A stretch of 64,000 nucleotides of DNA. It comes from an uncultured Dehalococcoidia bacterium. GTDB taxonomy: Bacteria > Chloroflexota > Dehalococcoidia > SM23-28-2 > RBG-16-64-32. Below are positions 1 through 8,338 of the stretch, piece by piece (the first letter of the stretch is position 1; each line of letters starts with the position of its first letter). The translations under genes and the position numbers were made by a program. The notes under the pieces are model-generated. The model was not told the DNA's origin and searched no databases. It saw only the letters and a list, made by a program, of their open reading frames with translations. Where the stretch lies: the NCBI GenBank assembly GCA_964558415.1, contig CAZLDI010000007.1, forward strand, positions 75,898-139,897, read 5' to 3'.

Positions 1-310
1 CAATCGGAGAGCGAACAGCACGATAGGGGTCGTGGCTACGGATGCCGTGCTCAACAAGGAGCAATGCTACCGCCTGGCGGTGATCGCGCAAACGGGTCTG
101 ACGCGCGCGGTCCGGCCCGCGCACACGCCCGTTGATGGGGACACGATCTTCGCGCTGGCGACATGCGCTAACGAGACGGAGACGGACATGCTGCAGCTAG
201 GCGCGCTGGCAGCCCGGGCTGTCGAGCGAGCGATCGTGCGAGCTGTGGAGTGCGCGGCGGGGCTGGCGGGAGTGCCGTCGGCGCAGGAATGGGCGAATCG
301 CCGCGGATGA
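1..310 (+). CDS. P1/S58 (DmpA-type) aminopeptidase family protein, C-terminal fragment; 5' end lies outside the window
   Basis: Frame open from base 1. The translated motif NKEQCYRLAVIAQTGLTRAVRPAHTPVDGDTIFALATC is typical of S58/DmpA family C-termini. Confidence 0.6.
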   Translation, partial: NRRANSTIGVVATDAVLNKEQCYRLAVIAQTGLTRAVRPAHTPVDGDTIFALATCANETETDMLQLGALAARAVERAIVRAVECAAGLAGVPSAQEWANRRG

Positions 311-337
311 ACGCAGATTAGGCGGGGATGGACGAAG

Positions 338-589
338 ATGGGCGTAATCGTATTCGCGGCCGTGGTGGTGGTAGTCGTCGGTGGGCCACTGGTGTGGTAC
401 CTGCTGCGGTCCAGGCTGAGGCCGGGGGCAAGACTGATGGCGCTTGTCGGCGCGGCCGCCGGGGAAGCTGAGGTTCGGTTGTGGGTGGAATCGCTGCGTA
501 CTGCGGGGATCGGTTGTCAAGTGCGAGACGTGGGAGACATGTACCCGGGTGGGCCAACAACACCATACTCTTACGAGGTTTGGGTGTGA
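338..589 (+). CDS. small membrane-anchored hypothetical protein (possibly DUF2007-like)
   Basis: N-terminal hydrophobic helix (VIVFAAVVVVVVGGPLVWYLL), then a stretch (EAEVRLWVESLRTAGIGCQV) that weakly resembles DUF2007. No clear RBS. Codon usage is GC3-rich. Confidence 0.25.
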   Translation: MGVIVFAAVVVVVVGGPLVWYLLRSRLRPGARLMALVGAAAGEAEVRLWVESLRTAGIGCQVRDVGDMYPGGPTTPYSYEVWV

Positions 590-845
590 GAGCGGGACGC
601 GCCACGGGCGAGGGACGTCCCGGGGCTGTGAGAAGCGCCGGCCCAGTCACTCGGTCACAGCGAGCGCGGATGGGAGCCTTTACCAAGGCTTAACTCTTTA
701 CCGAGGCTTTACTTTTGTTGTGACGGGCTTCACCGTTCCGTTCACTCGCGCGGGGGATACTGGGTTTCGTGAACGCAAGCACAAACCCCTATGAAACCGT
801 GGCCGGCCCGCTGGTCACGCCCGCAGAGAGTGGAGGTCGCAAGCC

Positions 846-2174
846 ATGGCGCTGTTAGGCACAAAAGTACTGAGCAGGGTGCCGTTCCTGACCCGCGCGA
901 AGGGTAACGCCGGACTTGAGGAGTCGCCGGTCTCACAGAATGACGAGCCTCGGCGAGCGCCGCTGGTGATGCTGGTCTCCGATGCGTCCGGGCGGGTCTC
1001 CTTCCAACAGCACACGTTCAAGGACGCACCCGCAGGCGAAGAGTTCATAGAGTACTGGTACCACGGGCGGCCGCAGTCCGGGTTGATCTCGTTCTGGGCG
1101 CTGCCTGACCAACCGCGATCAATGGGTGGCGAGGGCGCCTGCGCCGGAGAGTCCGTGGTGCTGATTAGAGATGGGGACAGGCCGGGCGTCGTCTATCCAT
1201 TCTCTTTCGTAGACATGCAGACCGCGCACGGCTTTGTGCGGCAGGAAGTCTCCAAGGGACTGGACCTGGGGCAGGTCGCGATCCACTGGGCGGCACCTGT
1301 AACGCTGGAGGCGGACCTCTCGGGCAAGGTGCGAATCAACCCCCCGACGCCGCCTGATGCCGGGGAGATGCAGGCAGGCGGGCGGGCGCCCGTCCAGACC
1401 GCAGCCATCGAAGAGACGCCGCTCAGCGGCGAAAACGTGGCCGGAATGCCCGGCTTCTTCTCGCCGTCCAGCCAGGACGCCATGCCGACGGCCGCGGAGA
1501 GGCGCGCCTCCTCGGACTTCTGGGCGGATGATGAGGTGGTGCGGAAGAACGAAGTCGATAAGCGGTTCGCGCAGGTGGAGGCCGCGAGCCCGGTGCGCCG
1601 GCCACGGGTAGAAACCTTGAACACAGAAGGATTCGACACGCGAGTAGAGCCTGCGGCGAAGCTGGAAGACGAGGTCCCGCCGGGAACGACAGAGAGCATC
1701 GCCGTGGAGGCGCCGACGGTAGAGGCGGACGTCGAGCGGGACGCCATAGCACTCGACGTTGTCAGCGAATCCACTCCAGAGGCCGTTGTCCTGGAGGTCG
1801 AAGCCGTCCTCGAACCGGCCGTCACATTTGACGTCCCGGTCGGTGAGGTAGGAGCGTCCGAGGAGGAGGAGGAAGTTGAGAGTGGTCCGCACGTGGAGGA
1901 GCCGATAGTCGAGGCGGTTGAAGCAGAGGAGCTGTTCGCGGAAGATCCGGAGCCGCTGGTGAACGTCGAGCGGCTGATGCTGGAGGTGGAAGAGGCGGCG
2001 CTCGGAGCGGAGTGGCCGTCGGCGCGTTTTGATACCGTAGACGAAGCGGCCGGCGGATTCGGCGATGAGTCTGGCGAGGTCGAGGACGAAGTCTCGAAAG
2101 TCCTCCACACGCGGCGATGGGAATCGCAGGACGGGCCGTTTCGGGGGTTCGGTTCACCGCCTGGCAAGTTCTAG
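846..2174 (+). CDS. hypothetical protein with a ~190-aa N-terminal domain and a long acidic (E/D/V-rich) low-complexity C-terminal tail
   Basis: 442-aa ORF with GC3-rich codon usage. The C-terminal half is E/D/V/A-rich and looks disordered. No recognisable family. Confidence 0.55.
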   Translation: MALLGTKVLSRVPFLTRAKGNAGLEESPVSQNDEPRRAPLVMLVSDASGRVSFQQHTFKDAPAGEEFIEYWYHGRPQSGLISFWALPDQPRSMGGEGACAGESVVLIRDGDRPGVVYPFSFVDMQTAHGFVRQEVSKGLDLGQVAIHWAAPVTLEADLSGKVRINPPTPPDAGEMQAGGRAPVQTAAIEETPLSGENVAGMPGFFSPSSQDAMPTAAERRASSDFWADDEVVRKNEVDKRFAQVEAASPVRRPRVETLNTEGFDTRVEPAAKLEDEVPPGTTESIAVEAPTVEADVERDAIALDVVSESTPEAVVLEVEAVLEPAVTFDVPVGEVGASEEEEEVESGPHVEEPIVEAVEAEELFAEDPEPLVNVERLMLEVEEAALGAEWPSARFDTVDEAAGGFGDESGEVEDEVSKVLHTRRWESQDGPFRGFGSPPGKF

Positions 2175-2201
2175 GTCGGGATCACAGACCATCGCGGTCA
2201 G

Positions 2202-2230
2202 GAACGGCGTGTGGGTTCCACACGCCGTTC
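2202..2230. terminator. perfect 13-bp stem hairpin between convergent genes; putative bidirectional terminator
   Basis: GAACGGCGTGTGG-gtt-CCACACGCCGTTC lies between the stop of the 846..2174 gene and the fpg stop. Confidence 0.45.
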
Positions 2231-2244
2231 ATAGCGTCCGCCGC

Positions 2245-3063
2245 CTAGCGCTGGCAGCGCGGGCAGTAGTGGGTGCTGCGACCGGCGACCTTGGTGCGCC
2301 GGATCGCCGTCCCGCAGACGTAGCACGGCTCGCCGGTGCGGCGGAAGACGCGCACCTTCAGGTGATGACCACCCTCCCGACCGCTGGCGTCAAGGTAGTC
2401 GCGGAAGCTGGAGCCGCGGTCGCCCAGGGCTTCTTCGAGCGTTTGCCGGATGGCTGCGTGAAGGCGAGTGGAACCGGGGCGTGAGATCGAGTCCGCGGCG
2501 CGTGCGGGCCTGATACCGGCGAGGAAGAGGGCTTCGTCGGCGTAGATGTTGCCGATGCCCGCTATCGCCGCCTGGTCCAGCAGGACAGCTTTCACCGGAG
2601 CGGAGCGCCGCTTGAGGGTCGCGAGAAGGACGGTGGGGGTGAAAGCGTCTTCGAGCGGCTCCGGGCCGAGCGATCCGACGATGTGGGAGTCGTCGTCAAC
2701 CAGCCACATCGTGCCGAACTTGCGCAGGTCTATGAAGCAGAGCGACGCGCCGTCGTCCATCTGGAATCGCGCCCTCAAGTACGGACTTTCGTCACAACCG
2801 TGAGGGGAGTGGAGGAGGCGGCCGGTCATGCGCAGGTGGACGCCCCAGGTGAGGCCGCCCTGCAGTCGCAGAAGGAGATACTTGCCGCGGCGGTCGATGG
2901 CAGTGACGCGGTGGCCCGGGAGCAGCCGGCAGAAGTCGGCGGTTGGGAGGAGCTGGACGAGGCGCGGGGCGTTCGGTGAGACCCACGCCTGCGTGATTGT
3001 GCGGCCGGTGATGAGGGGGAGAAGGTCGCGGCGGATGGTTTCGACTTCGGGGAGCTCGGGCAT
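2245..3063 (-). CDS. mutM: formamidopyrimidine-DNA glycosylase (Fpg/MutM)
   Basis: Canonical N-terminus MPELPEVETIRR with catalytic Pro2/Glu3, an H2TH region, and a C-terminal zinc finger CYVCGTAIRRTKVAGRSTHYCPRCQ. The ORF caller's upstream extension (to 3162) runs into a tandem repeat; the true start is the ATG at 3063. Confidence 0.9.
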   Translation of the reverse strand: MPELPEVETIRRDLLPLITGRTITQAWVSPNAPRLVQLLPTADFCRLLPGHRVTAIDRRGKYLLLRLQGGLTWGVHLRMTGRLLHSPHGCDESPYLRARFQMDDGASLCFIDLRKFGTMWLVDDDSHIVGSLGPEPLEDAFTPTVLLATLKRRSAPVKAVLLDQAAIAGIGNIYADEALFLAGIRPARAADSISRPGSTRLHAAIRQTLEEALGDRGSSFRDYLDASGREGGHHLKVRVFRRTGEPCYVCGTAIRRTKVAGRSTHYCPRCQR

Positions 3064-3080
3064 GGGGACAGGATGGTGGG

Positions 3081-3206
3081 AGGGGGTCATAGGGGCAAGG
3101 GGGCATAGGGGCAAGGGGGCATGGGGGCATGGGGGCAAGGGGTCATAGGGGCAAGGGGTCATAGGGGCAAGGGGTCATAGGGGCAAGGGGGCAAGGGGTC
3201 ATAGGG
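3081..3206. repeat. G-rich 16-bp tandem repeat (minisatellite), unit AGGGGCAAGGGG(G/T)CAT, about 7.5 copies
   Basis: Read directly: the unit recurs at 3091, 3107, 3131, 3147, 3163, 3179 with G/T variants and partial units. It lies immediately upstream of the fpg start codon. Confidence 0.85.
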
Positions 3207-3227
3207 CGTTGTGCGGGATGGTGCGCT

Positions 3228-3292
3228 GTGAGATTCGTTCGCCCTCCGCACCGCCTTCCTTCCGCCCCCCTCGGCTCGGAATGACAGAGGGG
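3228..3292 (+). repeat. REP-like dispersed intergenic repeat copy (GAGATTCGTTCGCC...GCTCGGAATGACAGAGG)
   Basis: Shares its 5' (AGATTC-TTCGC) and 3' (GCTCrGAATGACA) ends with at least 8 other copies. It abuts the stop codon of the TPR lipoprotein gene. Confidence 0.7.
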
Positions 3293-3733
3293 TTAGCGGG
3301 CGCGGATTTCGTCGAGGAGCTTCTGGGCGGGGATGGACGTGTCCGGGTCTGAAGTGAGTTGCATCGCGTAGGCGAGGTCGGTGAGGGCCTTCTCGAAGTC
3401 AGCGAGCTGGTAGTAGGCGAGGCCGCGCTCGTAGTAGGTGTTGCCTCGATCGGGATCCAACTGGAGCGCCTTGTTGAAGTCGGTGATGGCGGCGCCGTAG
3501 TTGGCGGAGAGGAGGTAGGCGACGCCGCGGGAGTGGTAGATGAGCGGCTCTTCCGGGGCGAGGGCGACGGCGGCATCATACTCAGCGATCGCTTCTGCGT
3601 ACTTCGTTTCCTGGGCGAGGGCGACGCCGGTGTTGTGGCGCTGGAGGGCCTGCGTGCGCGCGCTGAGATCGTCGCTGCAGGTGGCGGCGACGAGGAGGGA
3701 GGCGAGTGGGAGGAACAGGAGTAGTCGCGTCAT
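3293..3733 (-). CDS. TPR-repeat lipoprotein
   Basis: Signal peptide with lipobox (LLVAATC), followed by 3 TPR-like repeats. Confidence 0.8.
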   Translation of the reverse strand: MTRLLLFLPLASLLVAATCSDDLSARTQALQRHNTGVALAQETKYAEAIAEYDAAVALAPEEPLIYHSRGVAYLLSANYGAAITDFNKALQLDPDRGNTYYERGLAYYQLADFEKALTDLAYAMQLTSDPDTSIPAQKLLDEIRAR

Positions 3734-3842
3734 GGTGTTCAGGGATTAAGACGGCGCTGGTGGCGCTCGCGTTGCGGCTCACGCGCGCCAACGATGCGAC
3801 CGAGTGGGTCTGCGGATCGCGCGGGGATTAGTGTCCGTCCCC

Positions 3843-4151
3843 TTAGGGGACGGTGATGGTGATGCCTTCGGTCTGCTGGAGTTGCTCCCAGGTGATGGTG
3901 CGCTCGGCGAGCACGGTCTGGTCGCAGACCTCGCCGTCGCAGAGGAAGCGGATCTCGTAGGTGAGGCTGCCGCGGAACTGGAGGGTCTCGAAATCACGGG
4001 AGGCGCCGGCGGAGATGAGCTCCGTCGGGACGCCGTCCTCGTAGACGACGATCGTCTGGTCGGTCTTGTTTTCGACGCGGATGGTCTGGCCGTCGTCGCA
4101 GGCGGCGACGGCGGTGGTGAGGAGGAGGACGAGTAGCAGTAACGGCGCCAC
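3843..4151 (-). CDS. small secreted lipoprotein, start uncertain
   Basis: h-region LVAPLLLLVLLLTTAVAAC with lipobox VAAC. The only in-frame start after the n-region is the GTG at 4151. The positively charged n-region (LARLANRSRG) is encoded inside a REP copy, and the only upstream ATG is at 4361. The stop codon sits in the loop of a hairpin (CCGTCCCC-tta-GGGGACGG, ~3838-3860). Confidence 0.4.
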   Translation of the reverse strand: MAPLLLLVLLLTTAVAACDDGQTIRVENKTDQTIVVYEDGVPTELISAGASRDFETLQFRGSLTYEIRFLCDGEVCDQTVLAERTITWEQLQQTEGITITVP

Positions 4152-4204
4152 GAGGAAGGCGCCCCGACTCCGGTTGGCGAGACGCGCGAGATCCTGTCCA
4201 AGAT

Positions 4205-4272
4205 GGCAAACTGTGAGATTCGTTCGCCCTCCGCCCTGCCTTCCTTCCGCCCCGCTCGGCTCAGAATGACAG
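4205..4272 (+). repeat. REP-like dispersed repeat copy
   Basis: GAGATTCGTTCGCCCTCCGCCCTGCCTTCCTTCCGCCCCGCTCGGCTCAGAATGACAGAGG, nearly identical to the copy at 3228-3292. Confidence 0.7.
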
Positions 4273-4282
4273 AGGCGGGCGT

Positions 4283-4345
4283 TGCGCAGGATGGTGGATC
4301 CCGGGATGCGTTCGCCCCCCCCACCCGCCCGACTCGGAACGGCAG
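4283..4345 (+). repeat. degenerate REP-like copy abutting the polA stop codon
   Basis: GATGCGTTCGCCCCCCCACCCGCCCGACTCGGAACGGCAGAGGGG. Its 3' end (GGCAGAGGGGTCAGG) parallels GAATGACAGAGGGGTTAGC at the TPR gene tail. Confidence 0.5.
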
Positions 4346-4350
4346 AGGGG

Positions 4351-7206
4351 TCAGGACGCAAACTCGCCGACCTCCACGGGTTCGCCGTATCGCATCTCGC
4401 CCCAGTTGCGGCCTGTTTTCGTGTCCACCTTAAGGGGAACGCACATTTCCAGGGATTTGGGCATTATGTCGATGCAGAGGGAGCGGACACCCTCCAGCTC
4501 ATCGCGGGGGCACTCGAAAATCAGCTCGTCGTGGATCTGGAGGGTCATGAGGCTGCGTAGTTTGCGGCGCTCCATCTCAGCGTCGAGGCGGTTCATCGCG
4601 ATCTTGATGATGTCGGCGGCGGTGCCCTGGACGGGCATGTTGATGGCGGCTCGCTCAGCGGCGTTGCGGACGTTGAAGTTGGTGGAGTTTATCTCCGGGA
4701 TGTAGCGCCGGCGGCCGAAGAGCGTCTCCGCGTAGCCGAGGCTGCGCACGGTGGAGGTCGTCTCGGAGACGTAGCGCTGGATGCCGGGGTACTTCTCGAA
4801 GTAGGTGCGGATGAACGTCGCGGCCTCTTCGCGGGAGATCTTTTCGCGGACTGAGAGGCCGAACTCGCTGAGTCCGTACAACACGCCGAAGTTAAAGACT
4901 TTGGCGCGCCGGCGCATTGCGGTCGTCACCTGATCAAGGGGAACGGCGAAGACCTGCGAGGCGGTGGCGGCGTGGATGTCGTCGTCGCGCAGGAAGGCTT
5001 CGACAAGGTTGGGGTCCCGGGTGATGTGGGCGATGATGCGCAGCTCGATCTGGGAATAGTCGGCCGCCAGGAGCATCGGATCCGGCCCAACGTCGCGAGC
5101 GATGAAGGCGCGTCGGATCTGCTCGCCGAGCTGTGTGCGGACAGGGATGTTCATAAGGTTGGGATTGCTGGAGGCGAGGCGTCCGGTGGCGGCGCCGGTC
5201 TGGTTGAACTCCGTGTGGATGCGGTTGGTACGCGGGTTGACGATGAACGGCAGCGTGTCGAGGTAAGTAGACTTCAGCTTGGTGAGCTCGCGGTGCTCGA
5301 AGATGAAGTCGATGACCGGATGCATGCCACGCAGGTTCTCCAGAGACTGGGCATCGGTGCTGTAGGCGCCGGTCTTGAGGCGGCGGGTCTTCGGCAGGTG
5401 CTGCTCCTCGAAGAGCACGTGCGAGAGCTGCTGAGGGGAGCCGATGTTGAACTCGTGGCCGGCGGCGGCGTAGATCTCCTCCTCGAGCCGGCGAATTTCC
5501 ATCGTGAGTGACTCCGACATCTCGCGCAGCGAGCCAGTCTCGATGGCGACGCCGTTCAGCTCCATGCGCGCCAGGACTGACACGAGCGGCATCTCGATCT
5601 CGTCGAAGAGGCTGCGCATGCCCTTCTCCTCCAGCTCCGGTTCGAGGAGATCACGCAGGCGCGCGGCGGCATCCACGGAGGCGCAGGCGTAGGCCGCCGC
5701 AGCCTCCACATCGAGCTCAGCCATTGTGAGCTGGGCGGCCTTGCGGCCAGACGGCCGCCCGTCCGGGCGAGCGCCGGCGCCGAGAAGCTGGGAGCGGTCC
5801 GGCAGCCCGATGCCCAGACGGCGTGAGGCGAGCCAGCTCAGGGCGAGCGCGCCTTCCTCCGGGCGTCCCGCGCCGCCGCCCTCGCCCAGGAGGTGGGCGG
5901 CGATCATGGTGTCGAAGTCGACGCCGCGCGCCCAGACGCCGTGGCGGGCGAGGGTGACGAGGTCCGGCTTGAGATAGTGGCCGCTGATGCGGACGTCCGG
6001 CGACTCGATGAGGGGCCCGAGGCGGGCGAGAACGGCGTCGAGCGGCAGCTGGGGGTCCTCGCCGAGGCGGACGGCGTGGCCAACGGGGATATAGTGCGCC
6101 TCGCCGCCTCCGAGACCGACCGTCAGGCCAACGATATCGGCGCGCATCGGCTCGCTGGACGTGGTCTGGGCGTCGAGCAGGAAGCGCTTCTGGTCCGCGA
6201 TGCGATCGACGACGGCCGCCAGTTGGTCTTCCGTGCGGACGGTGGTGAAGCGCTGCTCGACAGGCGATGCCGCGAGCGGCAATTGCTGCGCCTCCGGAGC
6301 GCGGTCAATGCCGTGTGGGAGGCGCGAGACGAGCGTCCGGAACTCGAGCTCCCGGAAGAGCTCGGTGACGCGCAAGGGATCGTAGTGGGCGTAGAAGTCC
6401 GCGGCGGCGAGGTCAAGCTGGACGGGCGCCTTGGTGTCGATTGTCGCGAGGTGCTTGCTCTGGCGGAGCTGGTCCGCGTTCTCGCGGAAGACGGGCTGGA
6501 AACGGGCGGGCTGGATCTCGTCGATGCGGTCGAGGAGCGCCTCGACGGATCCAAACTCGTCGACGAGCTTGACGGCGGTCTTGTCGCCGACACCCGGGAC
6601 GCCGGCGATGTTGTCGGAGGTGTCGCCCTTGAGCGCTTTGAGATCGGGCATCTGGTGGGGCAGGACACCGTAGCGGTCCTTGACGTCGGCGGCGGTCTTG
6701 TAGAGGACGGAGTCTCGCTGGTAGGGGCGGTACATCCAGAGGTGGACGCCGGGCTGGACAAGCTGGGCGATATCGCTATCCATGCTCACGAGATACGTCT
6801 CGACGCCCTGCCCAGCGGCCTGAACGGAGAGCGCGCCCATGAGGTCGTCGGCCTCGAAGCCGGGGAGCTCGCTGACGGGAATGCCGAAGACGGCGATGAC
6901 CTGGCGGCAGCGGTCGATCTGGGCGCGCAGTTCATCGGGCATAGCGACGCGCGTGGCCTTGTAGGTGTCGGTGATCTCATGACGGAAGGTCGGCCCGGGC
7001 GAGTCGAGGGTGATGATCACGTGAGTGGGCTTGAGCTCACCGAACATGGCGAGGAAGGTGTTGGTGAAGCCGAAGACGGCGCCGACAAGCTCGCCGGTGG
7101 CGCGGACCTTGAGGGGCTCCTTCATGCCGGCGAGGGCGTGGAAGGAGCGGTGGATGATGGAGTGGCCGTCGATGAGGACGAGGCGGGGGGGAGGGGTATC
7201 GCTCAC
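4351..7206 (-). CDS. polA: DNA polymerase I
   Basis: 951 aa with 5'-3' exonuclease, 3'-5' exonuclease and polymerase domains. Motifs include LIDGHSIIHR, DYSQIELRI and QVHDELIFE. Confidence 0.97.
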   Translation of the reverse strand: MSDTPPPRLVLIDGHSIIHRSFHALAGMKEPLKVRATGELVGAVFGFTNTFLAMFGELKPTHVIITLDSPGPTFRHEITDTYKATRVAMPDELRAQIDRCRQVIAVFGIPVSELPGFEADDLMGALSVQAAGQGVETYLVSMDSDIAQLVQPGVHLWMYRPYQRDSVLYKTAADVKDRYGVLPHQMPDLKALKGDTSDNIAGVPGVGDKTAVKLVDEFGSVEALLDRIDEIQPARFQPVFRENADQLRQSKHLATIDTKAPVQLDLAAADFYAHYDPLRVTELFRELEFRTLVSRLPHGIDRAPEAQQLPLAASPVEQRFTTVRTEDQLAAVVDRIADQKRFLLDAQTTSSEPMRADIVGLTVGLGGGEAHYIPVGHAVRLGEDPQLPLDAVLARLGPLIESPDVRISGHYLKPDLVTLARHGVWARGVDFDTMIAAHLLGEGGGAGRPEEGALALSWLASRRLGIGLPDRSQLLGAGARPDGRPSGRKAAQLTMAELDVEAAAAYACASVDAAARLRDLLEPELEEKGMRSLFDEIEMPLVSVLARMELNGVAIETGSLREMSESLTMEIRRLEEEIYAAAGHEFNIGSPQQLSHVLFEEQHLPKTRRLKTGAYSTDAQSLENLRGMHPVIDFIFEHRELTKLKSTYLDTLPFIVNPRTNRIHTEFNQTGAATGRLASSNPNLMNIPVRTQLGEQIRRAFIARDVGPDPMLLAADYSQIELRIIAHITRDPNLVEAFLRDDDIHAATASQVFAVPLDQVTTAMRRRAKVFNFGVLYGLSEFGLSVREKISREEAATFIRTYFEKYPGIQRYVSETTSTVRSLGYAETLFGRRRYIPEINSTNFNVRNAAERAAINMPVQGTAADIIKIAMNRLDAEMERRKLRSLMTLQIHDELIFECPRDELEGVRSLCIDIMPKSLEMCVPLKVDTKTGRNWGEMRYGEPVEVGEFAS

Positions 7207-7228
7207 GGGGGGATTATAGCAAGCGGCA

Positions 7229-7304
7229 ATGGGTCAGCGGGGGCAGGGGGTCAAATGGGGCAAAGGGTCGACAGGGGCAAGGATCAACGGCGCAGGAGGG
7301 GTCA
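7229..7304. repeat. G-rich motif cluster (GGGTCA / GGGGCAAGG) related to the fpg-upstream minisatellite, in the polA/MaoC divergent intergenic region
   Basis: ATGGGTCAGCGGGGGCAGGGGGTCAAATGGGGCAAAGGGTCGACAGGGGCAAGGATCAACGG shares GGGGCAAGG and GGGTCA cores with 3081-3206. Confidence 0.4.
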
Positions 7305-7323
7305 CGAACGCGGGCTGGCTGAA

Positions 7324-8247
7324 ATGACAGTGAGAGAACCTGCTGCTATCATTCGGCCTACTATGGCTGACCTTTCGTACGATGGGATTGAGGTGGGGAA
7401 GGAGTACGGGCCGTACTATTACCCGCTGAAGGAGCGGATTGGGCGGCACCTGGAGGCGGTGGAGAACGCGCATCCGTGGCACAACGGGCGGTCGCCGTGG
7501 GGGCCGCCGGTGGCGCCGCCGACCATCCTGGGGAACGCGGCGATGCGGTTTCTGGACGACTTCGGGCCGGTGCCGCCGGGGACGCTGCACGCCAAGCAGG
7601 AGATCGAGACGGCGGCGGCGCTGCGGTTGGACCGCAGGCCGATCGGGTACGGTAAGTTCGCCGACAAATACGAGAAGCGGGGCCGGCGGTGGTTTGTGTT
7701 CGAGACGCGCTGGCGGGATGAGACTGGGCTGATCATCGGGAAGAGCCGGATCACGATGGTGTTTCCGAAGGAAGAAGGAAGAAGGAAGGAGGAAGGAGGA
7801 GGGGAGCCGAGAACCGAGAAGCGAGAAGCGGAGCCGGCCCGGAAGAGCGAGTTAGCTGCGATTACGCGCGTTCTGACGCAGGAGAAGATGACGGCGTATA
7901 GCGAGGACTCTGCGAACGCGCTGCGGGGGTCGTCGATTCATGTGCAGCCGGAGGCGGCGAAGGCGGCGGGGTTCGAGCGGACGGTGGCGCAGGGGCTGAT
8001 GGCGGCGGACTATATCGGCGAGCTGATGGAAGAGGCGCTGGGCAGAGAGTGGTACGAGTACGCGGGGCTCTCGGTGACGTTCCTGAAGCCGATCCTCTGC
8101 GGGGACAGGCTGACGGCGAACGGGCGGTTGAAAGAGGAGGCGGAGGAGGGGGCGGTGGTGCGCCGGGTGTATGAGCTGTGGTGCGAGAACCAGCAGGGGG
8201 ACGTGGTGGCGGCGGGGACGGGGAGTTCGCTGGTGATGCCGGGGTAA
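7324..8247 (+). CDS. MaoC-like (R)-specific enoyl-CoA hydratase / hotdog-fold dehydratase with an internal low-complexity linker
   Basis: C-terminal hotdog domain. A K/E/R-rich linker (PKEEGRRKEEGGGEPRTEKREAEPARKSE) is encoded by purine-rich tandem repeats at ~7760-7840. A longer upstream ORF (5893..) is antisense to polA and was rejected. Confidence 0.75.
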   Translation: MTVREPAAIIRPTMADLSYDGIEVGKEYGPYYYPLKERIGRHLEAVENAHPWHNGRSPWGPPVAPPTILGNAAMRFLDDFGPVPPGTLHAKQEIETAAALRLDRRPIGYGKFADKYEKRGRRWFVFETRWRDETGLIIGKSRITMVFPKEEGRRKEEGGGEPRTEKREAEPARKSELAAITRVLTQEKMTAYSEDSANALRGSSIHVQPEAAKAAGFERTVAQGLMAADYIGELMEEALGREWYEYAGLSVTFLKPILCGDRLTANGRLKEEAEEGAVVRRVYELWCENQQGDVVAAGTGSSLVMPG

Positions 8248-8338
8248 GAGAGCGGGCGGCAACTTGACGGCAATAGCGGCGCGCGTATACTAGGTTGCGC
8301 TTCAAGTAACGCCCTGATTCAACCTCAAGGAGACTGTC

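Noticed and set aside
3064-3162. N-terminal extension of Fpg (MTPCPYDPLPPCPHAPLPLCPLAPMTPSHHPVP) predicted by the ORF caller
   Set aside because: It is encoded entirely by the G-rich 16-bp tandem repeat. Fpg requires Pro2 as its catalytic N-terminal residue after Met removal, and the canonical MPELPEVE start is the ATG at 3063.
3081-3206. Possible CRISPR array
   Set aside because: The units are contiguous with no unique spacers, and no cas genes are present. It is a minisatellite, not a CRISPR array.
5893-8247. 784-aa ORF on the + strand overlapping polA antisense
   Set aside because: It is antisense to the well-supported polA gene. Its protein is low-complexity (G/D/E/A/V-rich), as expected from GC-rich antisense frames. 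Only its last ~307 codons (7324-8247) form a real MaoC-like gene.
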